Below, one piece after another: positions 31,933 through 42,216 of a DNA stretch of 64,000 nucleotides. Position numbers and translations under genes: made by a program. Origin of the DNA: an uncultured delta proteobacterium (lineage in GTDB: Bacteria > Desulfobacterota > Desulfomonilia > Desulfomonilales > Desulfomonilaceae); NCBI GenBank assembly GCA_963789265.1, contig CAWBKB010000005.1, positions 160,001 to 224,000 of the forward strand, read 5' to 3'. Under the pieces are notes generated by a model. That model was not told the DNA's origin and made no database searches. It saw only the letters and a program-made list of their open reading frames with translations. Position 1 is the stretch's first letter. Each line of letters starts with the position of its first letter.

Positions 31933-33315
31933 ATGAAAAAGAAAAGTTCCAGTGCAGCCGGGACTGATACTAGCGGCGGAGTTTACCTGTTCTACGGCGA
32001 TGAATTCCTCGTCAAAGAACAAGTGAACAAGCTTGTGGATGAAATCCTTGATCCAAAGCTCCGTGCCACGAACCTCTTAATATTTGACGGAGTCAATCTC
32101 GACACGGCCGGCCTTGCCTCGCAAGTGCAAACACCGTCTCTCTTCGGGGGGTCCCGTGTAATAGTGATCGATCAGACCGCACTTTTCATGGGGCGTACCG
32201 ATGAACGTAAACTTGCTGTAAAGGCAATGGACTCCTGGAAAGCCGGCGAGCGGAAGGCAGCATTCAGAGCCATGGGACAGTTGTTAAACCTCGCGGGCCT
32301 CAGGCCCCGCGATCTTCAACACGATTTCGATTGGACAAAACAGATACTGGGGGATTCAGCCGGGGCGGATGAAAAAGCAACGTTGGCTCGTTTGGCCGAA
32401 GAATTCCTTGAGGGGGGAAGCTCGGCCAAAGCAGCGGGAGATGAAGAGTTGGTGGAAGATCTAATCCTTTCTCCGCTTCCCGAAGGGACTGCGCTGGTGT
32501 TCACCGCGCCCGCGGTCGATAAGCGCAAAAAAATTTTCAAAGCCGTGGAACAGGGGGGCCGTGTCGTTGAGTGTTCCGTACGACAAGAAAAATACGGCCC
32601 GGGCATGGAAAAATCCTTCTTCGAGGAGCGAGTTCGCGAAACCTTGCAGCGAGCCGGAAAAGAGATCGCCTCCGATGCCCTTGAAAAGATGTACTTACGC
32701 TCCGGCAAGGAGATCAGGCAGCTCGAGAGCGAAATCGAAAAACTTGTCGGGTACGTCGGGGAACGCCGAAAGATCACTGGGCTTGACGTGGAGACCATGT
32801 TTTCGGATTCCCACGAGGCAGCATTCTTCGAGCTGGCCAACATTTTGCGAACCGCAGACATCAAGAAATGCCTCCCTGCACTGCATGAACACCTGAAGCT
32901 GGTGTCACATCCGTTGCAAACCCTTGCCTTGATAGCCGGTGACTTTCGAAAACTCATGGTTGCCCGAGAGTTGCTTTTTACCGTATTCCGGTCTTCGTGG
33001 AAGCCGGGCATGACTTATCAGAACTTTCTGCCGGTCCTTAAAGGTGTCCGTCAGCAAAATGCCGGCGCGGGGCTAAAAGAAAAATTTAACTTGCTGGCAA
33101 TGAAAGATTATCCGCTCTATCTATGCTTGAGGGATGCTCAAAGGTTCCCTATGGAAAACCTTATGCGAATTATGGAGGCGATTCTCGAGGCGGACATTCT
33201 GATGAAGTCATCCAAACTGGGGTCGCAGGCCCCGAAGACCATTTTGGAGAATCTGATACTGACGATCTGCAGTCCGGCCGATGCCAGAGCGGATAGAGCG
33301 AGAAGAGCTGTATAG
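31933..33315 (+). CDS. holA: DNA polymerase III delta subunit
   Basis: VYLFYGDEFL, TPSLFGG, VDKRKKIFK, LESEIEKL, ADILMKSS; carries the long insertion I associate with deltaproteobacterial HolA. Confidence 0.85.
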   Translation: MKKKSSSAAGTDTSGGVYLFYGDEFLVKEQVNKLVDEILDPKLRATNLLIFDGVNLDTAGLASQVQTPSLFGGSRVIVIDQTALFMGRTDERKLAVKAMDSWKAGERKAAFRAMGQLLNLAGLRPRDLQHDFDWTKQILGDSAGADEKATLARLAEEFLEGGSSAKAAGDEELVEDLILSPLPEGTALVFTAPAVDKRKKIFKAVEQGGRVVECSVRQEKYGPGMEKSFFEERVRETLQRAGKEIASDALEKMYLRSGKEIRQLESEIEKLVGYVGERRKITGLDVETMFSDSHEAAFFELANILRTADIKKCLPALHEHLKLVSHPLQTLALIAGDFRKLMVARELLFTVFRSSWKPGMTYQNFLPVLKGVRQQNAGAGLKEKFNLLAMKDYPLYLCLRDAQRFPMENLMRIMEAILEADILMKSSKLGSQAPKTILENLILTICSPADARADRARRAV

Positions 33316-33438
33316 TCTTCGAAAAGACCCACAAAGGAAGACAAGAAAACCTCTCTCCCTGGAAGCTGTGCTCTCACAGACAATTTCTTGCCGCCCGTAG
33401 TAAGCATTCAGTTACAGGCCGAATTTGCCGGTGGCTTC

Positions 33439-33517
33439 GTGGGCTGGGCTTTCTAGCCCGCCATTGAACGGGGGTTTCCTTGGCAGGCAGTCCCGCGCCT
33501 CGCGGAACTGCCCCACA
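33439..33517. repeat. Inverted pair of GTGGGGCAG-type REP units with an inserted mini-palindrome
   Basis: gtgggctgggctttctagcccgcc ... ggcaggcag[tcccgcgcctcgcggaa]ctgccccac. Confidence 0.65.
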
Positions 33518-33663
33518 AGACTGAATGGTTACCGTCCGTAAATGTTTACACTTGACGAGCGACTGCAACATTGACAACAACAAGGCTGCATTCTAATATT
33601 TTTGTTCCCGAAGACGTCTCGTCGTTTTACCGGAACTGCACCTTCCAATCGTAAGAGGTCATC

Positions 33664-35769
33664 ATGAACTACAAGATCGGAATCGACGTAGGCGGTACAT
33701 TCACTGATTTCTTGCTCACCCGCTCTGATGGGCAATCCCGGACTTACAAGGTACTCTCTACCCCTAAAGATCCGTCCGTCGCGACTATGCAAGGGATTCA
33801 CGAGATGGCGCAGGACGAAGGGGCGGCTTTGAAAGACTTTCTGGCCGCGGTGGATGTGATTGTGCACGGGACAACCGTTACGACGAATGCCGTTCTCACC
33901 TATCGTGGAGCTAAGACGGGCCTGCTGACGACCAAAGGCGTAAGGGACGCGCTGGAAATGAGGCGGGGAATCCGTGAAGAGCAATACAACAACCGTTATA
34001 CAAATGTGGTCCCACTTGCTCCGCGTTATCTCAGGCTTCCTGTGTCCGGCCGCTTGGATTATGCAGGCAAAGAGATCACCCCTCTCGACGAACAGGAACT
34101 GCGGCTTCAGACGGAGTTCCTGAAGAAGAACGGAGTCGAGGCGGTGGCAATATGCTTCATGAATTCCTTCGCCAACCGCGACCACGAAGAGCGGGCCGCA
34201 AGTATAGTCCGAGAGCTGATGCCCGACGCGTACCTTTCGGTTTCTACCGAGGTGCTGCCCTCAATACGATTCTACGACCGCGTCTCCACTACGGTTCTTA
34301 ATGCGTATGTGGGCCCGATTCTCCGGCGATACCTTCAGAGTCTTCTCAAGAAACTCGATGACGCCGGATTTCCCAATATACTTTTGATAATGCAGTCAAA
34401 CGGTGGCGTAATCTCCCCCGATTTTGCCCTCGATCATGCAGCCACCACGCTGTTGTCGGGCCCGGCAGGCGGTCCGGTTGCCGGAATCGTGTACGCGGGA
34501 ATACAGAATTACCGGGACTGCATCACCATGGATATGGGCGGAACCTCATTTGACTGTGCTCTCATTAAGGATGCGACTCCCTTCAGCACCAACGTTGGGG
34601 AGATCAACCGACTGCGGCTGGCCCTTCCTATGCTCAATGTGGTGACCATCGGCGCGGGGGGCAGCTCCATAGGTTGGATAGATGACGGCGGCCTCCTGAG
34701 AATGGGTCCGCAAAGCGCTTCATCCGACCCCGGTCCGACGTCGTATGGGCTTGGCGGCGAAGAGCCAACCTGTACCGACGCAGACCTGGTCCTTGGGTAC
34801 CTGGATCCGGACTTTTTCGCAGGCGGACGTATGCCTCTTTACGCTGACCGCGCGAAGAGAGCAATAGAGGCTAAGATTGCCAAGCCTTTGGGTTATGACC
34901 TTTACGAAGCCGCAGCCGGGATGTATCAGGTTATCAACGTCAACATGGCCGCGGCCGTCAGAGAAGTGGCTGTAAAACACGGCCAGGATCCGCGGGACTT
35001 TCCTGTGGTGGTTGCCGGCGGCGCGGGCCCGAACCATGCTTGCATGATCGCTTTGGAGTTGGAAAATCCTGTGCTTATCGTGCCAAGGGAGTCCTCGATT
35101 TTCTGTGCAGCGGGTATGCTGATGTCGGACCTCAAGCACAATTTCGTGAGAACTTATGCCGTCAACTTGCAGGACGCAGACCCTCTGGTTTTTGGGCGGC
35201 TTTTTGATGAAATGAAAACAGAAGGGAAACGGCTTCTGAAATCTGAAGGAATCAGAGAGTCTTCCATTGAGTACCAGTATTCCTTGGACTTAAGGTACGT
35301 CAAACAGTATCACGAAGTAGGTGTAACGGTCACGGCGCAGGAAATTGACGGATTCGACATCCTTGCCATGGCCCGTCGATTCCACCCCGCTCACAATGCA
35401 CTGTACGGTTATTCACTCGAGGATCAAGGAACTCCCATAGAGCTTATTAACATGCGTCTTGTATGCATAGGCAAAACGGACAAACCGCAATTCCAAGAGC
35501 AGAAATATGCCGGTGAAGATCCTTCTCGTGCATACAAGAAAACCCGCAACGTTTACCTCCCGCTCCAAAAGAAGTTTCAAGAAGTGAGCGTATTCGATGG
35601 GCTGGCCCTTGAATTCGGCAACCATATAAAGGGACCGGCGATCATCGAACAGGTGAACACTACAACCTTTGTCGCACCCGAGTTCAACGTCCTTACGGAT
35701 CGCTTCGGCAGCTTCACTATGTACCTCAAAGAGTGCGAGGAAGACGTAAAAAGGAGGATCGTCTCGTGA
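33664..35769 (+). CDS. Hydantoinase A / oxoprolinase family protein
   Basis: IGIDVGGTFTD, HGTTVTTNA, SGPAGG, DMGGTSFD, IGAGGSSI, GPAIIEQ. Confidence 0.92.
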   Translation: MNYKIGIDVGGTFTDFLLTRSDGQSRTYKVLSTPKDPSVATMQGIHEMAQDEGAALKDFLAAVDVIVHGTTVTTNAVLTYRGAKTGLLTTKGVRDALEMRRGIREEQYNNRYTNVVPLAPRYLRLPVSGRLDYAGKEITPLDEQELRLQTEFLKKNGVEAVAICFMNSFANRDHEERAASIVRELMPDAYLSVSTEVLPSIRFYDRVSTTVLNAYVGPILRRYLQSLLKKLDDAGFPNILLIMQSNGGVISPDFALDHAATTLLSGPAGGPVAGIVYAGIQNYRDCITMDMGGTSFDCALIKDATPFSTNVGEINRLRLALPMLNVVTIGAGGSSIGWIDDGGLLRMGPQSASSDPGPTSYGLGGEEPTCTDADLVLGYLDPDFFAGGRMPLYADRAKRAIEAKIAKPLGYDLYEAAAGMYQVINVNMAAAVREVAVKHGQDPRDFPVVVAGGAGPNHACMIALELENPVLIVPRESSIFCAAGMLMSDLKHNFVRTYAVNLQDADPLVFGRLFDEMKTEGKRLLKSEGIRESSIEYQYSLDLRYVKQYHEVGVTVTAQEIDGFDILAMARRFHPAHNALYGYSLEDQGTPIELINMRLVCIGKTDKPQFQEQKYAGEDPSRAYKKTRNVYLPLQKKFQEVSVFDGLALEFGNHIKGPAIIEQVNTTTFVAPEFNVLTDRFGSFTMYLKECEEDVKRRIVS

Positions 35770-37517
35770 GTGTTGAGATCGACAAGGTGCTGGTTTCCAT
35801 CCTGCAGCGTCGTCTCAAATCAATTACCGAGGAGATGAGCATTGCGCTGACCATGACGACGAGGTCCCCCATTCTGTGCGAAGCAAGAGACTTCGTTACG
35901 GGCCTTTACGACACGCGAGGGAAAATGCTGGAGCAAACCGAAAACCTTCCTATTCTCTCATTTTCCCTGGGCCCGGTCTGCGAGTACATTGTCAACTACT
36001 TCGGCGACGAAATCTATCCGGGTGATGTGATTTTCCATAACGATGTGTTTTCCATGGGAAATCAAAACAACGACGTCGCGGCGTACAAGCCGATCTTTTT
36101 TGAGGGTACCCTTGTAGGGTGGGCAGCTTGTAAGGGGCACCAGGCGGATATCGGCGGCGCGGTCCAGGGTGGATACAATCCCAATGCCGTTGAGGTCTGG
36201 CAAGAAGCGTTGCGCATACCTCCGGTCAAAGTTTATGAAAGGGGCAAACTGCGCAAGGACGTTTGGGATCTGATCTTTGCCAATATCCGCCTGGACATTG
36301 TGGCTGAGGACATGCGAGCCGAGATCGGTTCCTGCGTGGTTGGCGAGCGCGGTCTCCTGAAAATAATAGAGCGTTACGGGCTCGATGTTTTCGAAGCTCA
36401 CAAAGAATACCTCTTTGACTCTACAGATAGGATGATGCGCTCGGAAATTCGCACGATTCCGGACGGAGTATATTTCGGTGAATCCACGTGCTACTTTGAC
36501 GGGAAAAATCCTGGTTCCAAGTATCAGATCAGGGTCAAAATCACGGTCGATGATGGGGAAATTACCTTCGACTACTCCGACACCGACCCCCAAACGACGG
36601 GTTTTGTAAACGGAACCTACACTTCAAGCGCATCAGCCACGATCCTGACATTCCTTCAGATGGTCAACCCGGATATGCCCCACAACGACGGAATGGTCCG
36701 GCCAGTCAAAATTATCATCCCGCAAGGGACTATACTCAACGCCGCATATCCTGCAGCAACCACATACGGCAACCATTTGTGCCCGAACAATGCCGATGCG
36801 ATCATGAGAGCACTGGGGCCGGTGATTCCGGAGCGAGTCACCGCGGAATGGAATGAGTTGTTGTGCTCGCTCACTACCGGAATAGACCCCCGCAAGAATA
36901 CACCATACGTGGATATTGGCTTTATGGGATTGAAGGGCGGCTCGGGGGCCATCGAAGGGGCGGACGGTTACGATCACATCGGCATGATTGACGCGTCCGG
37001 GGGAGTGTTGGATCAGGATTACGAAATGTTTGAACAACAGACTCCTCATCTTCTGGTCAAACATGAGTACTGGCAGGACTCAGCCGGGCCGGGTCGGTGG
37101 CGTGGAGGGCTTGGCGTTGAGACCGAGTTCGTCATCGGTTCAGATCAAACAAAACTTGTAACATTCGGCGATGGGGATGTGGAGCCCACGCGAGGGTCCA
37201 TGGGGGGAATGGAAGGGACGCTTAACAAGATCGAATTGACCTCTCCTGATGGCCGGCGATATCTTTGCACCACAAAAGACCTTGTGGAGGGTGTTCCTAA
37301 AGGGGCAATCTATTTTCAACAGGCAGGAGGCGGAGGCGGATACGGCGATCCATTTTTGAGGCCCAAGGAGAAGGTCGCCGACGAAGTTCGAAATGGAATA
37401 ATTTCTTTGGAAGCTGCCGGCAGGGATTACGGGGTCCTGGTGGAGCCGGAGAGCTTTGCGGTCAATGAAGGAGAGACCCTACGGCGACGGTCGTCACGAA
37501 ACATCGGGCCGTCATAA
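35766..37517 (+). CDS. Hydantoinase B / oxoprolinase family protein
   Basis: SPILCEARDF, GHQADIGG, DSAGPGRWRGGLG, GGGGGYGDP; GTGA overlap with subunit A. Confidence 0.92.
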   Translation: MSVEIDKVLVSILQRRLKSITEEMSIALTMTTRSPILCEARDFVTGLYDTRGKMLEQTENLPILSFSLGPVCEYIVNYFGDEIYPGDVIFHNDVFSMGNQNNDVAAYKPIFFEGTLVGWAACKGHQADIGGAVQGGYNPNAVEVWQEALRIPPVKVYERGKLRKDVWDLIFANIRLDIVAEDMRAEIGSCVVGERGLLKIIERYGLDVFEAHKEYLFDSTDRMMRSEIRTIPDGVYFGESTCYFDGKNPGSKYQIRVKITVDDGEITFDYSDTDPQTTGFVNGTYTSSASATILTFLQMVNPDMPHNDGMVRPVKIIIPQGTILNAAYPAATTYGNHLCPNNADAIMRALGPVIPERVTAEWNELLCSLTTGIDPRKNTPYVDIGFMGLKGGSGAIEGADGYDHIGMIDASGGVLDQDYEMFEQQTPHLLVKHEYWQDSAGPGRWRGGLGVETEFVIGSDQTKLVTFGDGDVEPTRGSMGGMEGTLNKIELTSPDGRRYLCTTKDLVEGVPKGAIYFQQAGGGGGYGDPFLRPKEKVADEVRNGIISLEAAGRDYGVLVEPESFAVNEGETLRRRSSRNIGPS

Positions 37518-37613
37518 TACGTGTAATCGTGCAGTGGAATCATATCTCCGGGGGTCGCCGTTTCTCACAAGATCTAGGTGATTGTCATTGCGATAATGTG
37601 GGGCAGGCTTTCC

Positions 37614-37821
37614 GAAAGTGTCTCAAAACTATTTTGATGACCAGAATCGTGCCACGATTCAGGCTCATTCGTATAGTCGTCGCCCTCACCCCAACCCTCT
37701 CTCAAAGGGAAAAGGAGCAGATCCAGGGCAGTTTTGCACTTCCCTCGCCCTCTGGGAGAGGGACACAGGGTGAGGGATTCGTGCTACGATTCCGACCGCT
37801 TCATTGTTTTTGAGACAGTTC
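37614..37821. mobile_element. MITE family B copy inserted into a REP hairpin
   Basis: TIRs tgtctcaaaa/ttttgagaca. Host gtggggcaggctttcc|ctttcagcctgcc is split. Internal CCCTCACCC...GGGTGAGGG palindrome. Confidence 0.7.
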
Positions 37822-38036
37822 CTTTCAGCCTGCCGTCAGCCAAGTTTAGAAAAGGGCAGGCTGGAAGAGACTGCCTCAAAAATGCGGACCATATCGAGAT
37901 CGTGTTACGAAAGCCGCTATAGTTCTGGTTCCCAATCCCGCGTCTCGCGAGACTGGGAACCAGAACAAGCGATCTCCGGTGGGGCAGCCGTCTCGCCTGT
38001 TGTCATTCCTGATTGCTGGAGAGGGAGCAATTCTGT

Positions 38037-39324
38037 ATGAGAACGTTCATGCCGACATACTCATCGTATGAAGAACTGGCTGAAATGCAACTCAAAGGAC
38101 TTCTGTGGACGCTTAAACACGCATACAACGGCTCTCCCGCGTACCGCCGGAAACTCGATGGTTCAGGCATCAGTAGCGGAGATATAAGGAACATCGAGGA
38201 CTTGAAAAGGCTACCATTCACCACATCCGAGGACCTTGCAGAAGGCTACCCGTTTCCGCTTTTATCGGTTCCTATAAGCGACGTAGTCAGGGTGCATGCT
38301 TCCTCCGGCACGACAGGCAAGAGGAAGGTGCTCTGTTATACTCAGAACGACATAGACGATTGGGCACATTTCTTTGCCCGATGCTATGAAATGGCCGAAC
38401 TGACCACCGAAGATCGGGTACAGATCTGCGTTGGATATGGTGTGTGGACCGCGGGTGTGGGGTTTCAGTTAGGTTGCGAAAAATTCGGCGCGCTCGGCGG
38501 TGCCGGCCGGTCCCGGCAATCTCGATATGCAGATAGAATTCCTTATAGATTTCCAAAGCACCGTGCTGTGTTGTACAGCATCAATGGGACTGTTACTCGC
38601 TGAAGAAGTGGAACGGCGAGGTGTACGAAACAAGCTGAGTCTCAAGAAAATGATCTACGGTTCCGAACGCTCTTCCGAAGCCATGAGGAATAGGATAAAG
38701 GATCTGCTCGCCCTCTCCGATATGTACGACATTCCCGGGTTGACCGAACTCTACGGACCGGGGACCGGGCTTGAGTGCTCGGCACACGACGGCATGCATT
38801 ATTGGGCCGACTACTACATTTTGGAGATACTGGATCCCGATACCTTGGAACCGGTGCCGGAAGGCCAAGTAGGAGAGATGGTCGTCACTACTCTTCGGAA
38901 GGAAGCAGTCCCGTTGATTCGCTACCGCACGAGGGACCTTTCAGCCCTCAAATCAGGCCCTTGTCCTTGCGGCCGATTACTACCCAGGCACGACCGCATC
39001 CTGGGCAGATCGGATGACATGTTCATCGTCAAGGCCGTAAATATCTATCCCGGTCAGATCGACAGCGTTTTGAGCAACATCCCGGGAATTGGAAGTGAGT
39101 ACCAGGTGATAATCGAACGTAACGAAGGGAGAGACACCATGAGACTCAAGCTGGAGCGCGCTCGGAATGCGGATGCCGCCTCCGATGCTCAAACGACGTC
39201 GGTGGTCAAAGAGGCGCTCAGGGCCAAGATTCTTGTCACCCCGGAAGTCGAGATCGTGAACTACGCTACTTTGCCGCGGAGCGAGCGCAAGACCAGAAGA
39301 GTGTTCGATAACCGGGACGTGTGA
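38037..39324 (+). CDS. paaK: Phenylacetate-CoA ligase family protein; +1 frameshift near 38497
   Basis: LPFT, HASSGTTGK, GLTELYGPG, PLIRYRTRD, GRSDDM; split at GAL|AVPAGPGN. Confidence 0.85.
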
Positions 39325-39399
39325 GGGACCATCGGGATCCCTGCTCACTGGCAATGCGTGTGGGCGCTTGGCACAGATGTTCTCGAGGTAGTACACATT

Positions 39400-39891
39400 A
39401 TGGCCACTGATTTTACGTTTGCCTATGGCTCGAATATGAACCGTTCCGACCTTCGTTCATGGCTGGAAGCGGACGGGTATGATTCTGGTTTGGTTATTGA
39501 TGCCAGTCCCGCAACGCTTGAAGGGTATGATTTCGTCTGGGATTACTACTCTCAGTCCAGGAGCGGGGGAGCGGCTAACCTGGAACGCAAGGATAATTCC
39601 ACCGTTTGGGGAGTGCTGATCGAGTTTGAGCTCTCTTTGCTGAAAGCTTTTGACAGGAAGGAAGGGCACCCTTACTTCTATTCACGGGGCGAGAAGCGAG
39701 TTCCCGTTCGTCGCGTCAGAGACGGTGAAATTATTTCCGCGTGGCTTTATCTGGCCAAGCCGAATAGAAGCGGCAGACGAGACGTGTGGCCGACACGGCG
39801 CTATAAAAAAATAGTCCTTGATGCCGCTCTGTTTTGGAAATTCCCAGAAGAGTATATCGCAAAGATCAATCGCTGGGAAACGCAGCCATAA
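39400..39891 (+). CDS. Gamma-glutamylcyclotransferase (GGCT/AIG2-like)
   Basis: FAYGSNM, GGAANL, VWGVL, FDRKEG.P..Y. Confidence 0.85.
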   Translation: MATDFTFAYGSNMNRSDLRSWLEADGYDSGLVIDASPATLEGYDFVWDYYSQSRSGGAANLERKDNSTVWGVLIEFELSLLKAFDRKEGHPYFYSRGEKRVPVRRVRDGEIISAWLYLAKPNRSGRRDVWPTRRYKKIVLDAALFWKFPEEYIAKINRWETQP

Positions 39892-40138
39892 ATGACAAAC
39901 CGTCAGGGAGTAACGCCTGTCAGTCATGGACAGCCTGAGATTGTCATTGCGAGCGAAGGAAGGGGTAGGTCGGGCCATGCCCGACGTAATATGGCGGCCA
40001 CGGGCAATCCGGCCTGGGCAAGACTGTTCCACCGGAGATATAGTGTTACTCGCTTGTAAACGACTCGGTACAGGCTATTTTTCTTCGCGTTCTCGGCGCA
40101 GTCCCCGGCAAATCTTCATCGCCAGTTGCCTATGAATC

Positions 40139-41443
40139 TTAACCTCGGGAATCGCCAACGCGGGAATACATAGCCGTTTCCTCACTCCAACTTGCCTTTC
40201 CTAAAACAGGTCCGGCAGAAGCCGAAAATATCTTTGAAGCCTCCGGATCGAGGCTCGTCGGCTCATAACGATTTGTATGATAGGTGGTTCCCCTCCACTG
40301 CAAGGCGTCTTTCCACAGAATCTTCTTCAGAATAATGAGATAAACCCAGATGAGCATCAGGTTTCCTACGACCAAAAGAACGGAGTATTTCCTGGGCACG
40401 CCCATCTGCGCGCAGAACCAGGACGAGACCAGACACATCTCGATTGAACAGATCGCTGGGAGGAGAAACCAGGTAGCCGGCCAGATCTCTCGGGCCGTAC
40501 AAATGTAGATATATAAAGATATTGCCATGACCGGGAAGCTCACAAGGACGTGAACGGCCAAATATTTCAGCACCACCGGCATCTCGTAATTCATCGAGGC
40601 GCTGAGAATGCGGGTCCATCCTCTGACGATTGCTCCAAAAGTAGTGTACATCCGAGTTTTCAAAACGTTTTTTCCGTTTGCAAAAACAAGCCCTAGCCCT
40701 GCGGCCTTAATCCTTTTGCCGATCCCTATATCTTCAACAGCCAAGTCCCTCACTTCACTATGGCCGCCGATTTTCTTATAAGCAGATCTGCGGATCATGT
40801 AGAACATGCCATTAGCACTGGCCACGGGACTGGCCGGATCATTTACGCTACCGAGAGGGTAAAGAATGCAGGTCATCGCGGCGAAAACCGGCTGGAGGGC
40901 CTTTTCCCAGAAGGTTTTGACGACAAATCTTGGACTGAGAGTCACCATGTTTGCACGGCGCTTGACTGCTTCATGATAACACAGACTCAGTGCAGACTCA
41001 TGAAGGGAGCTATCCGCGTCGAGAAAGGCCAGCCATTCGCCGGAAGCGTAACTAACCCCCACGTCCAGCGCGTGGCACTTTCCGGTCCAGCCTGGGGGCA
41101 AATTATCCACGGAAATTACACGGAAATTCTCCTGCACATTTGACAGAGACCTTGCGATGGACGCAGTAAGGTCGTCAGACCTGTCGTCGACCAGAATCAG
41201 TTCAAATTGAGGGTAGTTCTGATTCAGCACCGACTCGAGACATTCGCGTATGGTCGACTGTTCGTTGTGCGCAGGCACAATGATGGAGATAAGCGGGGGA
41301 TCCGCAAGGATCGGCAAACTCGCGTTCGGATCCGGAGTCGGAACCCAGTGGAGCGAATTCAAGGCGTCTCGAATTCTCATTGTCCAGAAATAGCCTTCAA
41401 AAAGCAAAACGGCTGTGGCTATCGCAAACGCTAGATACGTCAA
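40139..41443 (-). CDS. Membrane glycosyltransferase family 2 (HpnB/CrtQ-like)
   Basis: SIIVPAHNE, VDDRSDD, LPPGWTGK, FLDAD, AVEDI, RMY; C-terminal TM helices and WRG. Confidence 0.88.
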   Translation of the reverse strand: MTYLAFAIATAVLLFEGYFWTMRIRDALNSLHWVPTPDPNASLPILADPPLISIIVPAHNEQSTIRECLESVLNQNYPQFELILVDDRSDDLTASIARSLSNVQENFRVISVDNLPPGWTGKCHALDVGVSYASGEWLAFLDADSSLHESALSLCYHEAVKRRANMVTLSPRFVVKTFWEKALQPVFAAMTCILYPLGSVNDPASPVASANGMFYMIRRSAYKKIGGHSEVRDLAVEDIGIGKRIKAAGLGLVFANGKNVLKTRMYTTFGAIVRGWTRILSASMNYEMPVVLKYLAVHVLVSFPVMAISLYIYICTAREIWPATWFLLPAICSIEMCLVSSWFCAQMGVPRKYSVLLVVGNLMLIWVYLIILKKILWKDALQWRGTTYHTNRYEPTSLDPEASKIFSASAGPVLGKASWSEETAMYSRVGDSRG

Positions 41444-41733
41444 TTTTTCCCCTTGATAAATCGAATGAGTTTGTTCGAAATGCGGCAACGATTGAAAGCG
41501 GCCCAGTCGGCATGCTGGTCGCATCGTAGGGGCACGATCCCGTGTTGGCAGAATGCCCTTACAATTCGGAGCCGATGTTACTGTACCACACTATATGGCA
41601 ATTGCCAAAAGTAATGTTGGAAAGAAAGAATGAGTCGGCGCGGATTGCAAGGTTAGTGGCAAAGCCCCCCGAAAATGTTTCAAAACTATTTTGATAACGT
41701 AAATCGTTCCATGACCGAGTCCCGGCGCTGAAC

Positions 41734-41942
41734 AAACTGTCTCAAAACTATTTTGATGCCCAGAATCGTGCCACGATTAAGCCTGGTGGGCATTTTCGGT
41801 GCCCTCACCCTGACCCTCTCCCAAAGGGCGAGGGGACGCTAATAGAGACCTTGGATCAGCTCCCTCTCCCTTTGGGAGAGGGCTGGGGTGAGGGAATTTC
41901 GTGGTACCGATCGCGTCCAGTTCAAGAATTTTGAGACAGTTT
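41734..41942. mobile_element. MITE family B copy inserted into a GTAG-type REP with ctgaa duplication
   Basis: aaactgtctcaaaa...ttttgagacagttt; flanks cccggcgctgaa and ctgaagcaccgggctac. Internal sequence matches 37614-37821. Confidence 0.75.
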
Positions 41943-42156
41943 CTGAAGCACCGGGCTACTTTCGGTCGCCTCTATGAGGCTCAAATGGGTTGTCACACAA
42001 GGACGTTTGATAGTAGCCCGGTCCACCGCGGAACGCGGGATTGCCGGGATAAGGAGCATCGAGGCATGATTTGGGGACAGTCTTGGATACTTGTAATACG
42101 CACTAACAACCCGCTTCGCAAAGCTGAATGCGCATGCCCTACAGGAGTCAATGAAC

Positions 42157-42183
42157 AAAAAACGGAGGGCTGAAAACCCTCCG
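42157..42183 (-). terminator. Rho-independent terminator of the porin-like gene
   Basis: Minus strand cggaggg-ttttcag-ccctccg-tttttt, about 35 nt after the stop. Confidence 0.75.
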
Positions 42184-42216
42184 CTATGGCAAGGCGAGCC
42201 TTTTGTATATCATATC

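Noticed and set aside
33408..33524. Highly structured spacer that first looked like a riboswitch or SRP RNA
   Set aside because: It resolves into an inverted pair of GTGGGGCAG-type REP units with a mini-palindrome insert; no riboswitch or SRP consensus is present.
37529..38040. Short ORFs across repeat regions (also 30092-30490, 51604-51909, 61034-61288)
   Set aside because: They are translations of REP/MITE sequence with no protein signal.
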